64,000 bases of DNA from Ylistrum balloti. Taxonomy: Eukaryota. Made by a program: the position numbers and the translations under genes. Position 1 is the first letter of the stretch. The number at the start of each line of letters is the position of its first letter. Positions 25,316 through 39,428 of this stretch are shown in pieces. The DNA lies in contig NW_026781970.1 of assembly GCF_031769215.1 (NCBI RefSeq), positions 2,542,001-2,606,000 on the forward strand, written 5' to 3'. The notes beneath the pieces were generated by a model. It worked only from the letters and a program-made list of their open reading frames with translations. It ran no database searches and had not been told where the DNA came from.

Positions 25316-27549
25316 ACAGTTACCTATTGTAACCACGACCTATATAGTTACCTATTGTAACCACGACCTTTACAGTTATCTATTGTAATCACGACCTCTA
25401 CAGTTATCTATTGTAACCACGACCTCTACAGTTATCTATTGTAACTACGACCTCTACAGTTATCTATTGTAACCACGACATCTACAGTTATCTATTGTAA
25501 CCACGACCTCTACAGTTATCTATTGTAACCACGACCTTTACAGTTATCTATTGTAACCACGACCTTTACAGTTATCTATTGTAACTACGACCTCTACAGT
25601 TATCTATTGTAACCACGACCTCTACAGTTATCTATTGTAACCACGACCTTTACAGTTATCTATTGTAACCACGACCTTTACAGTTATCTATTGTAACCAC
25701 GACCTCTACATTTATCTATTGTAACCACGACCTTTACAGTTATCTACTGTAACCACGACCTTTACAGTTATCTACTGTAACCACGACCTCTACAGTTATC
25801 CACTGTAACCACGACCTTTACAGTTATCTATTGTAACCACGACCTCTACAGTTATCCACTGTAATCACGACCTTTACAGTTATCTATTGTAACCACGACC
25901 TGTACAGTTATCTATTGTAACCACGACCTCTACAGTTATCTATTGTAACCACGACCTTTACAGTTATCTATTGTAACCACGACCTTTACAGTTATCTATT
26001 GTAACCACGACCTTTACAGTTACTATTGTAACCACGACCTTTACAGTTACTATTGTAACCACGACATCTACAGTTATCTATTGTAACCACGACATCTACA
26101 GTTATCTATTGTAACCACGACCTCTACAGTTATCTATTGTAACCACGACATCTACAGTTATCTATTGTAACCACGACCTTTACAGTTATCTATTGTAACC
26201 ACGACATCTACAGTTATCTATTGTAACCACGACATCTACATCTACAGTTATCTATTGTAACCACGACCTCTACAGTTATCTATTGTAACCACGACCTCTA
26301 CAGTTATCTATTGTAACCACGACCTTTACATTTATCTATTGTAACCACGACCTTTACATTTATCTATTGTAACCACGACCTTTACAGTTATCTATTGTAA
26401 CCACACGACCTCTACAGTAACCACGACCTCTACAGTTATCCACTGTAATCACGACCTTTACAGTTATCTATTGTAACCACGACCTTTATAGTTATCTATT
26501 GTAATCACGACCTCTACAGTTATCTATTTTAACCACGACCTCTACAGTTATCTATTGTAACCACGACCTCTACAGTTATCTATTGTAACTACGACCTCTA
26601 CGACCTCTACAGTTATCTATTGTAACCACGACCTTTACAGTTATCTATTGTAACCACGACCTACAGTTACAGTTACTCTATTGTAACCACGACCTATTGT
26701 CTACAGTTATCTATTGTAACCACGACCTTTACAGTTCTATTGTAACCACGACAGTTATCTATTGTAACCACGACCTCTACAGTTATCTATTGACCTTTAC
26801 AGTTATCTATTGTAACCACGACCTCTACAGTTATCTATTGTAACCACGACCTCTACAGTTATCTATTGTAACCACGACCTCTACAGTTATCTATTGTAAC
26901 CACGACCTTTACAGTTACTATTGTAACCACGACCTCTACAGTTACTATTGTAACCACGACCTCTACAGTTATCTATTGTAACCACGACCTCTACAGTTAT
27001 CTATTGTAATCACGACCTCTACAGTTATCTATTTTAACCACGACCTCTACAGTTATCTATTGTAACCACGACCTCTACAGTTATCTATTGTAACTACGAC
27101 CTCTACAGTTATCTATTGTAACCACGACCTTTACAGTTATCTATTGTAACCACGACCTTTACAGTTATCTATTGTAACCACGACCTCTACAGTTATCTAT
27201 TGTAACCACGACCTCTACAGTTATCTATTGTAACCACGACCTCTACAGTTATCTATTGTAACCACGACCTCTACAGTTATCTATTGTAACCACGACCTTT
27301 ACAGTTATCTATTGTAACTACGACCTCTACAGTTATCTATTGTAACTACGACCTCTACAGTTACTATTGTAACCACGACATCTACAGTTATCTATTGTAA
27401 CTACGACCTCTACAGTTATCTATTGTAACCACGACCTCTACAGTTATCTATTGTAACCACGACATCTACAGTTATCTATTGTAACCACGACCTTTACAGT
27501 TATCTATTGTAACTACGACCTCTACAGTTATCTATTGTAACCACGACCC
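25316..27549. repeat. Minisatellite, 27-bp unit, ~80 copies
   Basis: TACAGTTATCTATTGTAACCACGACCT(C/T). Irregular indels at ~26400-26800; diverged relics continue to ~28050. Confidence 0.98.
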
Positions 27550-30540
27550 TAGATAATTACCCTTTGAAACATATTGTAACATTGACCTTTTGATAATCAA
27601 CCATTGCATCCTTGCCCTTACAGATATTCACTTATTCAAAATGTCTCCTTACAGATTATCACACTTTGAAAAATATTGTAACCTTGTCTTTTAGAGATAA
27701 TCAGCCATTACAACCTTGAAAGTACAATAGATAATCACCTGTATATCACCCATATAAACATGGGCATTTACAGGTGATAAGTTATTGTAACCTTAACCAT
27801 CACAAAAAACCCAGTTATTGCACCATTGACCTTTACAGACAATATGTTATTGCAGCACTGACTTAACAGATGATCACCAATTTCAATATTGATATTACCA
27901 GAAGTTACCAGTTGTAATTTCAGCCTTTACAGATAATCAATTAGAATTCAGAACATTAATAATTGCAAATTCAACTTTTTTTAGAAACAACCATGAATTT
28001 ACAATCACTATTTCCAAGTTTGACCTTTTACAAAATCGATCATTACAACCTAAGCCAATCAGAAGTTGATATTTTGAATATGGACTCTACTGACAGCTAA
28101 TCAGAACTACTTTTTTTTTACCTTGACTTTATTGACAACCAATCAGAGGTACAACACCAATCAGAAGTAATTTCTTTCCGACTTTAGGTCTAGCAACAAT
28201 CAACCATATTGTAATGTTTGAGGCTTGTTATATAAGCACTGGTTCTTCTTATTCCATCTTTACAAGGCAGTAGTTACATTTGAACCATTAGATATCTTGA
28301 TGAATTTTGTAACATATGTATCACCCACAGGCACTGTGTAAGACAAATCATTGGATCAATGAGATCTTGACCTATAGGTCAAAGGTTGAATTAAAACAAT
28401 ATTTCCAGAATATTCATGTCCAAAGAATAACTTTAGTAGCAAGAGAAACTTGAAGATATTTGCATTACTCAAAGGCAGTGTACATAGCACTGAGTCAATG
28501 TGACCTCAAGGTCAAAGGTAAATAAAGGCATTTTCATAAATGTTTGTATAGGCAAAAAACAATTATATGTTCGCTGATAAAATCTAAAAGTCACTTGATT
28601 ATATGTCAGCATTGTCAGGTCAGGTAAGGTCATGTCAGGTTAAAATCAATGCCAAATATTGAATCCTTTACTTGTTTATATATTACCTAAACCTTCTGAA
28701 GAAAAAAATTGGAAGTACATTTTTGTCAAATAAGGGCAGACATTTGCACACATTTGCATATACTGCACACAGAAACTTTTCTCAATCTTTTTAAAATCTT
28801 GTCTGAAGTGACAACACATTGGATATGAATTTTTTTTTATTGACAATCAGTTAGAAGTATTTGTTCTGAAGTTGATTGTATGAACAACTGAGGTATTTTT
28901 TTACTGACCTTAACTCTACTCCCTGTCAACCTTTCTTCTCAACAATAATTCTTCTGTCAAACTTATATGATCTGACTCTTGTTTTAAATGGAAAAAGATA
29001 TTTTGACGAGAATAAATAAATGTGTTTTGTCAATTTAAAGTGTAGGAGAATGTGTAGGAACCATGTTTTAACACTCATTACATCATTGCTACTGGGGATC
29101 CCTGTATAAGAATGAGTATTTAGAAACATCTCTATTTTAAATGTTGCTCAATGTTTTATTTTCAATATCTACTTACCTGACAATTTATGTAAAGAACACT
29201 CCATGATTAAAACAAAGCTGTATGATATAATAAAATAACTTCAATTTCACAAAAATTATGCCAGAATCCAAATTTTAGGTCAGGAATCATTTCTAAATGG
29301 CCATAAAAGTTTGTGGAATACAAATAGTCTTCTGTAGGCTCTACCTGTGACATGACTGACAGCAAGTAGAAAACTCTAACACAAAAATTGAAGTCAAAAC
29401 TTTTAAAAATTTAATAAGACATTTCCATTACATTTTTCACAGCATCGCTACAATTTCAGACACCTCTAGCTCATTATTGATCTCTCATTCCTTTAAAAGT
29501 CATTCAAAAGATTTTGTCTGTTTAAACTACGGGAAAATGACAGTGTTAAAATTCTATATGATATATAAATGTAAACAATCTACAAAAGCACAATTCTTTC
29601 TTCAAGTTGAGGATTGCTTTATGACTCGGAAAATCATTAACTAAGAGTACAAAATGATAATATTTCAAGATAGTTTACCAAATTTTCAAACCAAACTTAT
29701 TGGGATTATCAACGCTATTCACACTGCTCTTGAATAAAAAATGTCAACTTGCATATATAACACAAATGCATATACACATTCCTCAAGTAATGATTCTTGG
29801 TCACTAACTTGCTGGTATCACATAATAAGGGATAAAATGTGGTCTAGTGTGTATTAACATACTTCTCCAGTAGTAAGCCCCAAATATGGTATTTAGCCTG
29901 TCAATAATTATTGCTGTTCTGTAGAATTAACGCCAAATACTATATCACTGTCCTGTAATAAGCCTATTCACCGACAATAAGTCCACATTTGTAACGTTGA
30001 ACCTGGCTAACTGCAGGACAAAGACATTTACCTTGTTAAAATATAACCCTGTAATCACTTACAACAAGTTGACAGCTCTCTGGATTATTCATAACAATGC
30101 ATTAGTTATTCCTATGTCTTCTTTACAGAATACTTTACCAAATAGATCTTTATAAACCTTCCTCTAGTAGCAACAGGACTTACTATGATTATTAAGATCT
30201 TAGGCCTAAATAAGGCTAGCCATTTTTTTCTCCAAACACTCTTTTACTACTGAAAAGCAGCATTCTGATAGCATTTACTTTGAGTGTCACCTGACTTTGC
30301 AAATCTCCAAATGTTTCACAACCCTATGCAGCTTCGTCCTCATAAAGAAAACAGGTGACCCATCTCCATTGGGAGAAAGATGTTTGTTATAAACCTAGGT
30401 AAATGCACCACTGCGGTTTATTTTTTGTATTTTGGCTGATTTTCCCTATGTGAGTTATCTGCCCTTGTTGTCGCCTGTGGTTACCACTAGGTATGCTTGG
30501 ATTGTTTACATGGCAACATAAGCCATCCTGGGTTCCATCT

Positions 30541-30608
30541 TCAACCCTTGCTTTTCGGAACATCTTTCCATTTACTCAGAAAAGATGATATGCTGTTGAT
30601 GCTCACAC
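30541..30608 (-). CDS. SMG5: SMG5 last coding exon (GVSINSISSFLSKWKDVPKSKG*)
   Basis: Acceptor ttcattgtag|, phase 1 matching the previous exon, TGA at 30541-30543. Corresponds to the human C-terminus SVDIKNVLDFYKQWKEIG (recalled). Confidence 0.9.
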
Positions 30609-30934
30609 CTACAATGAAGCAAAAAGAATTTATGAAAATGTATACATTTCAAGATTTTTCTCCAATCTAATGGACACTGAAAAAATTCATGTGATTCATA
30701 TACAAAAGAAATTCATGATTCAAAGAAATTCCTGGTATAAGATTTCTCTAATATTTACAGACTAAAAGTGATTGTTTCTTCAGACGAAGAAATAATATAA
30801 GCTAGTCCATGTCTCCGAAAAGTAAAAGTAAAATGAACAGAGGGCCATAATGTCTACCTGGTTTAAAAAAAGGTCACAGGTCATGGCCCCCTGTCATTCA
30901 AACTTTTGTATTATCTATCAAACAGCTGATACTC

Positions 30935-31208
30935 TGGTGATATAAATTTTGACTCTGACTTTCCTCCTGTGATAGAGATTTTGAATCTGGCTAAACTCCT
31001 GAGATAGAAATTTTGACTCTGGCTTAACTCCTGACATGGAAATTTTGACTCTGACTTTACTCCTGAGATAGAAATTTTGACTCTGGCTTAACTCCTGACA
31101 TGGAAATTTTGACTCTGACTTTACTCCTGAGATAGAAATTTTGACTCTGGCTTTACCCCTTTAACAGAGATTTTGACTAACATTACCCTTGAGGTAGAGA
31201 TTTTGACT
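30935..31208. repeat. Intronic minisatellite, 32-bp unit, ~8 copies, alternating dimer
   Basis: CTCCTGAGATAGAAATTTTGACTCTGGCTTAA alternating with CTCCTGACATGGAAATTTTGACTCTGACTTTA; starts at 30964, 30996, 31028 and 31060. Confidence 0.93.
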
Positions 31209-31372
31209 TCATATATATCACCAGAAGTAAATACAAAGAGATTAAGCATGGCGTTATCATTAATACTATATGGCTGCCATTATCTTGAAGCATACCGATT
31301 GTGAACTTAGAATAAATCAGAGGTTTCCAAAAATTGAAAATCAAACAATTAAAATGATTTGTTGACACATAC

Positions 31373-31524
31373 CTTCCTTGGCTGCTAACATCTTCTTTAC
31401 AAGTGGTGGTAAACTTCCTTTGTCCAGTTCTTTTGCAGTCAGAACAGCTACCATGTTTCCACTATTCAAATCTCCACCCTGGACGGCAAGATAGCGAGCA
31501 CAATTCAAGATCTCGAACAGACAC
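31373..31524 (-). CDS. SMG5: SMG5 exon, PIN domain (W-CLFEILNCARYLAVQGGDLNSGNMVAVLTAKELDKGSLPPLVKKMLAAKE)
   Basis: ttgttatcag| ... |gtatgt; 152 nt, phase 2 to phase 1, compatible with both neighbours. Similar to human AWTLYKILDSCKQL...GMVTIITG (recalled). Confidence 0.93.
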
Positions 31525-31859
31525 CTGATAACAAATTGTTGAAATGTATCCATAAATAATGATTCATTAAGAATTATGAAATATTGTTTTTTAATTTATG
31601 TATGTTTACAAAGAAACACATGTTGTGTAAATGTCAAACTTGAACATAGTCTGTTCCATGTGATGTTACATGATAAGGAATCAGGACTCAGAATCACAAT
31701 GTATCAGGCTTAATTTTGTTGAAATCTGTCAGGTCATATCACAGGAGAAAAACTTTATACTCTAAATCCTCGATTCAACCTTAACAGGCCTCACTCACCC
31801 CTTGCTAATAGGGGGTCGCATTACCTTTATATATATATTAATAACCATTCCTTTCCAAA

Positions 31860-32465
31860 ATGATGTCTCTATTACTTTTTAAGAAATAGCGATAACAAAC
31901 TTTAAAAGTTACAATAAAAAATGCCCTCCTGTCAGCCATTTTGCTTTTTTTGTTATCATACTCAAAATCAAATGGGCACAACTAGGAACCATGGGAAACC
32001 TACATATGAAATTAAGAAAGGTCCATCTAGTACTTCTCTCACCAGACCCAATATCGAATGGGCGAAACTAGAGACAAATGGGAAACAATATATGATATTT
32101 ATGAAAGAGCCATTGAGTACATCTGAAGAAAAAGCAATAACAAAAATTGTTTACGGACGAACAGACAGACGGATGGAGGATGGATGACTAAAAAATAAAG
32201 AATTCGGACCCCCCTGTATGTTCCCAGGGGTCAAATCAACTCAGATTATACAAATCATGATTGCCCCACCCCTCCTAGCCCCCTAACCCTAACCAATAAC
32301 CCGCCCACCCTGTGATGTTTCAGGCAAAATTTGGTTAGGCATATGTTCAGGCATATGTGACGAGAAGCATGTTAAAGTTAAAGTTTATAAACGGCTGACA
32401 AGGACAGATGAAGCATATTGGTATTAGAGCAGCTTGATCCTACAAGTCAGATGATCTAAAATAAA
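31860..32465 (+). mobile_element. HINE/CvA-like non-autonomous element(s), bivalve-type
   Basis: Shares GAAATAGCGATAACAAA / CAAATGGGCACAACTAGG / ACCTACATATGAAAT blocks with 38300-39152 and 53930-54330; GGACGAACAGACAGACGGATGG microsatellite; ends in ...CAGATGATCTAAAA. Confidence 0.55.
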
Positions 32466-33489
32466 ACAGAATTGATCTGAATAATGAAATCCTTTATGTG
32501 ATAGAGCACCACTACCAGACCTTTATCAAATTCATAACCTTCAGATAACATGTTCTGATATTATCTTAGTAAAGTGCTTTCTATGGTAAGAAAGTTCCAC
32601 TATTTCTGATCCAAGTTTAACCTGAATACCAAAGGGTCATGACCTCTGATTTAAAGATCAAGTATTACTAAACCCTGATTGGGAATTTCCTTGTTAAGAA
32701 AAAAATGCACAAAACAACGTCTCGATGTCAGGACATAGGTAATCTCTCACCTCCTTGATTAGTGACAAATGTGAACGAGGTCAAACAAAATGATGGCAAA
32801 CCATCACTGATTACTAATGTATGTGAAACAAGGAAAACTAAACACTTCCAAATGTCTAAGGTTTACAAGTAAATAAAATTCAATACAGACAAACTGTACC
32901 TCAGTTGTTTTTAATAAAAAAAAACACCAATCGATCTACTCAGTTGACATTTTAGTACACATCTACCCCAACCATTTTATCCGGGATATTGACCAAAATG
33001 GCGTCCATTAAACTCTGAAACAGACGACCTTTTCACAACTTCCATTACCATAGATTTACATTGTAACATGCAAATAGAAAAACTAATTGAAATGCATGGT
33101 TTCATGTCTGTCCATTTTAGTATCAGTAGACCAGTACAAGCAGACAATCCATTATAGAGACAGTGACCTTTCCTCACCTTTGTCAGAACATTACCCAGTA
33201 CTTAAGTAGACACTATTTGCAGAAGGGTAGACCAGTCCAATCAGCTTTTTATTGTTTATTTATGTCTTTTTTCACAACAAAAATGTCTGGGATATTTCTA
33301 AGAAACTCCAAAAAGGAAAAAAAGCAGATTATAAAATGATTTAAGCAATTACATTTTTGTCATATTTTTATCTTCTGTTAGCCAGAAAGATTTGATTTTT
33401 TTTCTATCACAATGTCTTTAACACTCAAAAATGTGATACTCCAACACACATTTCCAATCGCTTTCAATACACAATGTAACAGATAGCCA

Positions 33490-33910
33490 CAGACATGACA
33501 GTGGAGTCTTTAAGACACATCATTCATTTTGAGGTAGACACATCAGAGTTAGACACATCAGTTACATTAGAGTTAGAAACATTAATCAATTCAGAGTTAA
33601 ACACATCAGTCATGTCAGTGTTAAGACACATCATTCACATTAGAGTAAGAAACACAAATCATTTCAGAGTAAGACACATAATGTCAAGTCAGTTAGTATT
33701 AGATATATCAGTGTAAGACACACCAATGTTAGACACCTCAGTCATATCAGCGTTAGACATATTAGGGTAAGACTTCATTACAAGACATATAAGTGATATC
33801 AGTGTTATAACACATCAGGGTAAGACACATTGATATAAGATGTATCAGTATAAGACACATCAGTCACATCTTTCTGAGACATATCCTATTGTCAGACATT
33901 AGTTCCATCA
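33490..33910. repeat. Degenerate short-period repeat (AGACACATCAG motif)
   Basis: More than 15 diverged AGACACATCA/GTTAGACAC motifs with irregular spacing. Explains ORF 33495-33716. Confidence 0.7.
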
Positions 33911-34607
33911 GTTAGAACTGCAGTTTCTGCCTGTTCATCTATCACTGTTTCCCTGCTACACTACATTGGTTTGTAAAAAGTAATCTATCTCTCTATTTGA
34001 CTTGCAAGCCTCTCACAGTGCAAGCCTTATCAGCTGCTGAATCCTTTACAGGAAAGACATATAATATGCTACATGGGGGTGTAGGTTTACTGGTATATTG
34101 AGTAGGCAACAGATTCTGTGAGCATGCAATAAAAAGGCCTGTAGAAGCATCTGTGCCCTATCACTATTATTAGATAATGTCAGTTACATGGAGGCCCCAA
34201 AAAATTCCAAACCAATTTGTATAGCATTCTAGGGTTTAATCATCACAACTTACAATCGCTTTACAACTGGTTGGATCCCAAGCAAGGCAAGCCTGGTAAA
34301 AATGTGTTTCTCAAATCTTGTGATAAATCACCTATAAAACTGCTTTAGAATGATTCAGTAAATTATTAAAAGACATGATAACAAATTAGACTTTACTGGT
34401 CTCCAGCATTAAGTTAAGATTGATATTCACTGATAAGTTTTAGGTTGTAATTAAAAACACAGGAGTTTTTATACTGCGTAACTGATGCAGCTTTCGTAGA
34501 TAATAGCACCAGTTTCTTCAGCTGAAATGGAGAAGATTACAGTTGATGCATTATCGAGACTGGTAATAGAACATAAAAGATCGGAAACGAGTTCCAAGCA
34601 AACCTAC

Positions 34608-34685
34608 CACATAGCTTTGTCCTTCTTTAAGAGTTTAGGTGTGTTATCTTGGAGTTTTTCGTTGCTCTTCTGTGCTCGAATGTAT
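34608..34685 (-). CDS. SMG5: SMG5 exon (R-YIRAQKSNEKLQDNTPKLLKKDKAM-W)
   Basis: ctattcatag| ... |gtaggt; 78 nt, phase 2/2. Human RYIRCQK (recalled). Not in the ORF track. Confidence 0.93.
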
Positions 34686-35859
34686 CTATGAATAGATGGA
34701 AAGGGAAAACATCAAAGCGATTTGTTTGCGAGTTTTTTGAAGTTTTTCCGTATTGCCACTAGTAAAGCAAGTTTAAAATGACAAGATGCAAGAAGAAAGA
34801 TGCAAGGGATCTATACTGATAATACAATGAAAATTCTTTTGATAGTAAATATATTCCACATTTACAAATAATCTCTATCACGTTTAAAAAGACATGCATC
34901 TTCAAGTGAACAAGAAATTGTGGAAATTTGAAAGCAGAATTAAACCGATCAATATCAGTTTGCTTGAAATGTATGCGATTTTAATACTAGTTACATTTAC
35001 TAGGTAATAATTCTTCCATGACACATTAGTAATCTTGATGAAAAAATCAACAAAATTTCCTTTCACTGTATATAGAGGAAATCTAATGCTTTCCCATTCA
35101 ATATCATATAGGGCATGTATATGACAAAATATCTATACCAGTATTTTTGTGTGAATCAATTACAAAACTGTTTTTATATTTCAAATAAGACAAATTCTGA
35201 AATAAACGCAGTACAGTTTTATACCAAAATCAACTAATTCTACCTTTCCTTCCTTTGTGTCCAAACAGGAAAATAGGGGAATTTTAAGGCAGTGACAAGA
35301 AAACACTGCTCTGATTGGTTAAAACTACAAAAGTTATATAGTCATTGAAAAATTTACATCAATGGTGATAACATAAAATTTCTTATATCATTACTGTAGT
35401 GGTGATATAACTTTTTATCGAAATGATAAATTCCTAAATTTCACCTGCAAAAATGTAATAAATATATTCACCTTAATTTGGCCATTCATCACAAATGTAT
35501 TGAAATATTTTCTGTTTAATTACTTCTGCTCTACAGTATGTCTGTACATATTTATTTACTTTCTGTTAATTAGCAGTCTGTTGATGTGATTCTAAGTTAT
35601 TCAATGGTAATCTTTCAATATATTGAACACTATAACTAAAACATTAACAAGATTTGACTTGTTTTTTACTTACAATCAGGTCATAATCAAATTATTGTGT
35701 AAGTAACCTGGCCATATATCACCGACATATTTATCAAAAATTCACGAACAGACTGTATGAAAAGATCATATTATGCCCTGAAACTGAGAACTAAAAGGAT
35801 GCTTGATTCTAGCTGGTAAGGAAATTGATGGCCAATGTAAGTTGACCATACTAATGCTA

Positions 35860-36200
35860 AACAAAAAAGAGTATCAGGGAAACTGATGAATGCTCCCCGA
35901 AAATGACTAATGGACAAAACATTTGAACAAAGGGCAATAATTCTGTAATTAAAGGGTTGCAGGACCTGAACTTGGTATACAACACATTCTGTTAGTTAAC
36001 TAATGCATACACCAAGTTTCATTATCCTACCTTAAATGCAAGCATATAAAGTAATGCTCTGGACATGAAATGTTAACAAAGTTCAATAACTCTGTCATTG
36101 AGGGGTTGAGGGGCTTAAATTCGGTATACTGCACATTCTGTTAGTTAACTAAAGTATACACAACTATATGCTCCCTTGAAAACTTTCTGGGTGTATAACA
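35860..36200 (+). mobile_element. HINE/CvA-like non-autonomous element with internal duplication
   Basis: Starts AACAAAAAAGAGTATCAGGGAAACTGATGAATGCTCCCC; internal duplicated GGTATAC..CACATTCTGTTAGTTAACTAA; ends AACTATATGCTCCC...GGGTGTATAAC. Confidence 0.5.
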
Positions 36201-36757
36201 AACAAGACATACTGGTAGATGGGAAAACAATGCAATAACTATAATTTTCTACATAATACTAAAAAAAAATCCACTTGATTTGAGCTTATATCTTAGTGTA
36301 AATTACATATGTGTCACCAGAACAGTTGGGAATAAAGTGGAACAACACTCAATGATGTATATTCTAAATATATCTCAATAAATAGATACATGTATCTATA
36401 TAAATATATATGGTTAAGTACATCGATTGTGAAAATATTCCATATGTGTATGGTTTACCTATTCCAATAACCACATGTACATTATGAAAATGTAGCACAA
36501 AATACTGTTACTCAAAATTGTTAGAATCATTATATATGTCTCGAAACTTCATTTCATCAAGTTCCCTGAATAAGGTGTAAGAAGTATGATGTTACACCTA
36601 ATAGAAATAAAAGCTATTTTGCATATGATAGTGTTTGTCAAGATGAGCATATGTATCTTCTGTTGACATACTTTCATTTGTGATGAAATTTACAAGAGTT
36701 AATGTTAGGACATATCTTTTTGAAAAAAATATGACAAATTAACAATGTTATACAAAC

Positions 36758-36848
36758 CTGTTTCCTTTACGGAATTCAGCCTCCAGCCAACGAATTGCCT
36801 CCCTTGCCCGCCCCGACTCCTTCTTCAGAAAATCAAGAGTGTCTATCA
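36758..36848 (-). CDS. SMG5: SMG5 exon, PIN domain (V-IDTLDFLKKESGRAREAIRWLEAEFRKGN-R)
   Basis: gtgattttag| ... |gtttgt; 91 nt. Close to human VIDGLDLLKKEHPGARDGIRYLEAEFKKGNR (recalled). Confidence 0.96.
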
Positions 36849-37542
36849 CTAAAATCACAAACGTCCATATAAATTTTACATATCTTTTCATTTTCAAAAT
36901 AAACTTGTTATATCAATGTAATCAAGCGTATCATTGCTTAGTTAAGAACTGAACTGTTTTATGACATAGTGTAAATGAACATGCAAGCAAAAATGGCGTA
37001 AAGTTTTGTCATTTATAATGACCATAAATGCCATCAAAAGACAGATCAATGTTTACATTTATATTTCCTATACATATTGCTGCCTTATCTAGATAATAAC
37101 TAATGAATTATTCCAAACCGATAATGTAATCCTTCTAACAGACCAGCCACTTTGATGACGTACCATTGCTGTCCCTTACATCTACAGTGATGATGTCATG
37201 TGATGTTTGTCATTTACAGCACTTTGAATTTATCATTGAAAATTTAAATAATGGCACTGAAATATTATCATTCATATCTCAAGGATCTTTAAGACATTTT
37301 ATCACTAAAGGTTAAATTGAAGAAAAGGTATTATTATGACATATGAACCATTTTTGAAATGATTTATTCACGATGATTTGTTCCAAGGATTTCGATAGAC
37401 ACATACAATCATGTAAGAAAGAGATTCTTAGTATCAATCAATAAGTGCTGTGATATAAATCAACTGAAGGCAAATAAAACTTTCTGTTTGTGGATCAATA
37501 AAAGGTTATATAATGTATTTTACAAATTAATGAGAACCTTAC

Positions 37543-37699
37543 CAGATGTTGGGATGACAAGGATACCTTTTCCAGACTGCAAGAGCTGCTTGACCATGCT
37601 GAGGCAGTCACATAGACAGTGAGGGTCCGGAATGAGGTATGGTGGAAAGCTGGAATGGTCATTCATATCCAGAGATCCTTCCAGCTGACTCACCTCAGC
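37543..37699 (-). CDS. SMG5: SMG5 exon, start of PIN domain (AEVSQLEGSL...PPYLIPDPHCLCDCLSMVKQLLQSGKGILVIPTS)
   Basis: ttgtgtgacag| ... |gtaagg; 157 nt. Human LEVSQLEGSL...SPYLVPDTQALC...SGRFIVIIPRT (recalled). Confidence 0.96.
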
Positions 37700-38299
37700 C
37701 TGTCACACAAATACCATCTCAAAAAACAGTACAGGCTTAATTATGTTTTAAAATCAGTTTTGTGCCATACTTGTGAGGCTTTCCAGAACAATTTGAAGGG
37801 TAATATTTGACATTCAGAATGTTGAAGTAGCATTCAGACAGAATGGGGAGTGTAAACAATATATTCATTTAATTTTTAAAAGTCTCTTAATTTCTATAAA
37901 AGTCAAGAGTTATATGATAAAAAGAATATAACACTTGTAGCCATGTCATATTGAATTTTTAATTGTTTAATTGTCTGAAGGTTTGTGTCATAGCAATTGC
38001 TGTAAGTGTTAATATAGAGCAGAATAGAACTTCTTATAATACATTTAACAGAAGATAAAAGATTGTTGATTTGATGACTACATGGTCACCATCAGACAAA
38101 TGACCAGTGTAGAGCATATTAACACTGACATACAAAGTGTATGATATGGTAAGGAATAGACCAACTTTTTCAACTGTACTATAATCCTATGTACACTAAG
38201 GTTGAAAACAGTGTCACAAGACAGTAAAAATATTATAGAAACAAAAAATCCCAGAGGAATTTTGGCATCCACAATTGTTTTTGCTCTTAATGATAAGAA

Positions 38300-39152
38300 A
38301 ATTGAACATTCCTTTGCAGAAATAGCGATGATCATCTTTACTTGCCTAATCCAAAATGGTCTCCTTGAAGCCATTTTGTTTCTTCTTAACCCCTAAAATC
38401 AAATGGGCTCAAATAGCGACCAAGGGAACATATATATGAAATTTGAGAGAGATCCATTCAATTCTTCTTAAGAAAAAAGTATATCAATCTTTACTAGGCG
38501 AAATCCATGATGGCTGCCTTTCTGCCACTTTTTTTCTGATCAGTCCCAAACTCAAATGACCTATGCAGTGTTTATCAAGAAATAGCATTAACAAGCAGTC
38601 AAAATTCAAGATGGTCACCTATCCACCATTTTCTGATTAGACCTAAATCAAACGGGCAGAACTAGGGACCAAAGGGAACCTAGATATGAAATTCAAGAAA
38701 GATCCATCAAGTTCTTCTAAAGAAATAGCAATTACAAACTTTCAAAGTCAAAATCCAAGATGGCCACTTTACAGCCATCTTGTTTTTCTGATCAGTCCCA
38801 AAATTAGACAGGCACAACTAGAAACCAAGTAGAACAAACACATAAACTTTAAGAAAGATCTATCTAATACTTTTCAAAAATAGCAATAACACTTTTCATT
38901 GAAAAAATTCAAGATTGCTACCTTACAGCCATTTTGTATATTTGATCATACCCAAAATCAAACAGGCACAAATGGGGACCAAAGGGAACCTACATATGCA
39001 ATGTGGGAAAGATCCATCTCGTGCTTTTCAAGATATAGCGATAACAAAAATTATTTACGGATGAAGGAACGATGGACCACAGACAGACAGATGGATGGAC
39101 AATGTACGTAGGTTGCTTTGAATAGCCCAAATTCTGATGATGTTGAGCTAAC
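38300..39152 (+). mobile_element. HINE/CvA-like element with ~155-bp internal tandem subunits
   Basis: AAAGATCCAT-type block recurs at 38451, 38701, 38857 and 39011 with CAAGATGGC..GCCAT, GATCAGTCCCAAA and GGGACCAAGGGAACC motifs; GACAGACAGATGGATGG microsatellite; ends GAGCTAACAAAA. Confidence 0.65.
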
Positions 39153-39155
39153 AAA

Positions 39156-39415
39156 AACAAGAGATCCCAGAGGGATCTTGCCCCCACCATTGTTTGACCT
39201 TTATATGCTCTTTGAAAGTTGGATCTTTTCCCTTCTTTTCTCTTCTTTCCTCTGTTTTTGCTCTCAATTATGGGACATTTGAACATTCCTTTACCTGCCA
39301 AATCCTAAATGGTTTCCTGGAAGCCATGCAATATTCATACAAGAATCAGTAGACCAAACATATGTCAAGGTTTAGTGATGAAACAGATTGGAGACAAAAC
39401 CAGGGTAACAACAAA
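39156..39415 (+). mobile_element. Second HINE-like element fragment
   Basis: Begins AACAAGAGATCCCAGAGGGATCTTG (AACAAGAG start plus hairpin AGATCCC/GGATCT) directly after the previous element. Confidence 0.45.
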
Positions 39416-39428
39416 ACTGGATACAAAC

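Noticed and set aside
32278-32295. CCCTAACCCTAACC as an interstitial telomere
   Set aside because: Only about two units inside a repeat element.
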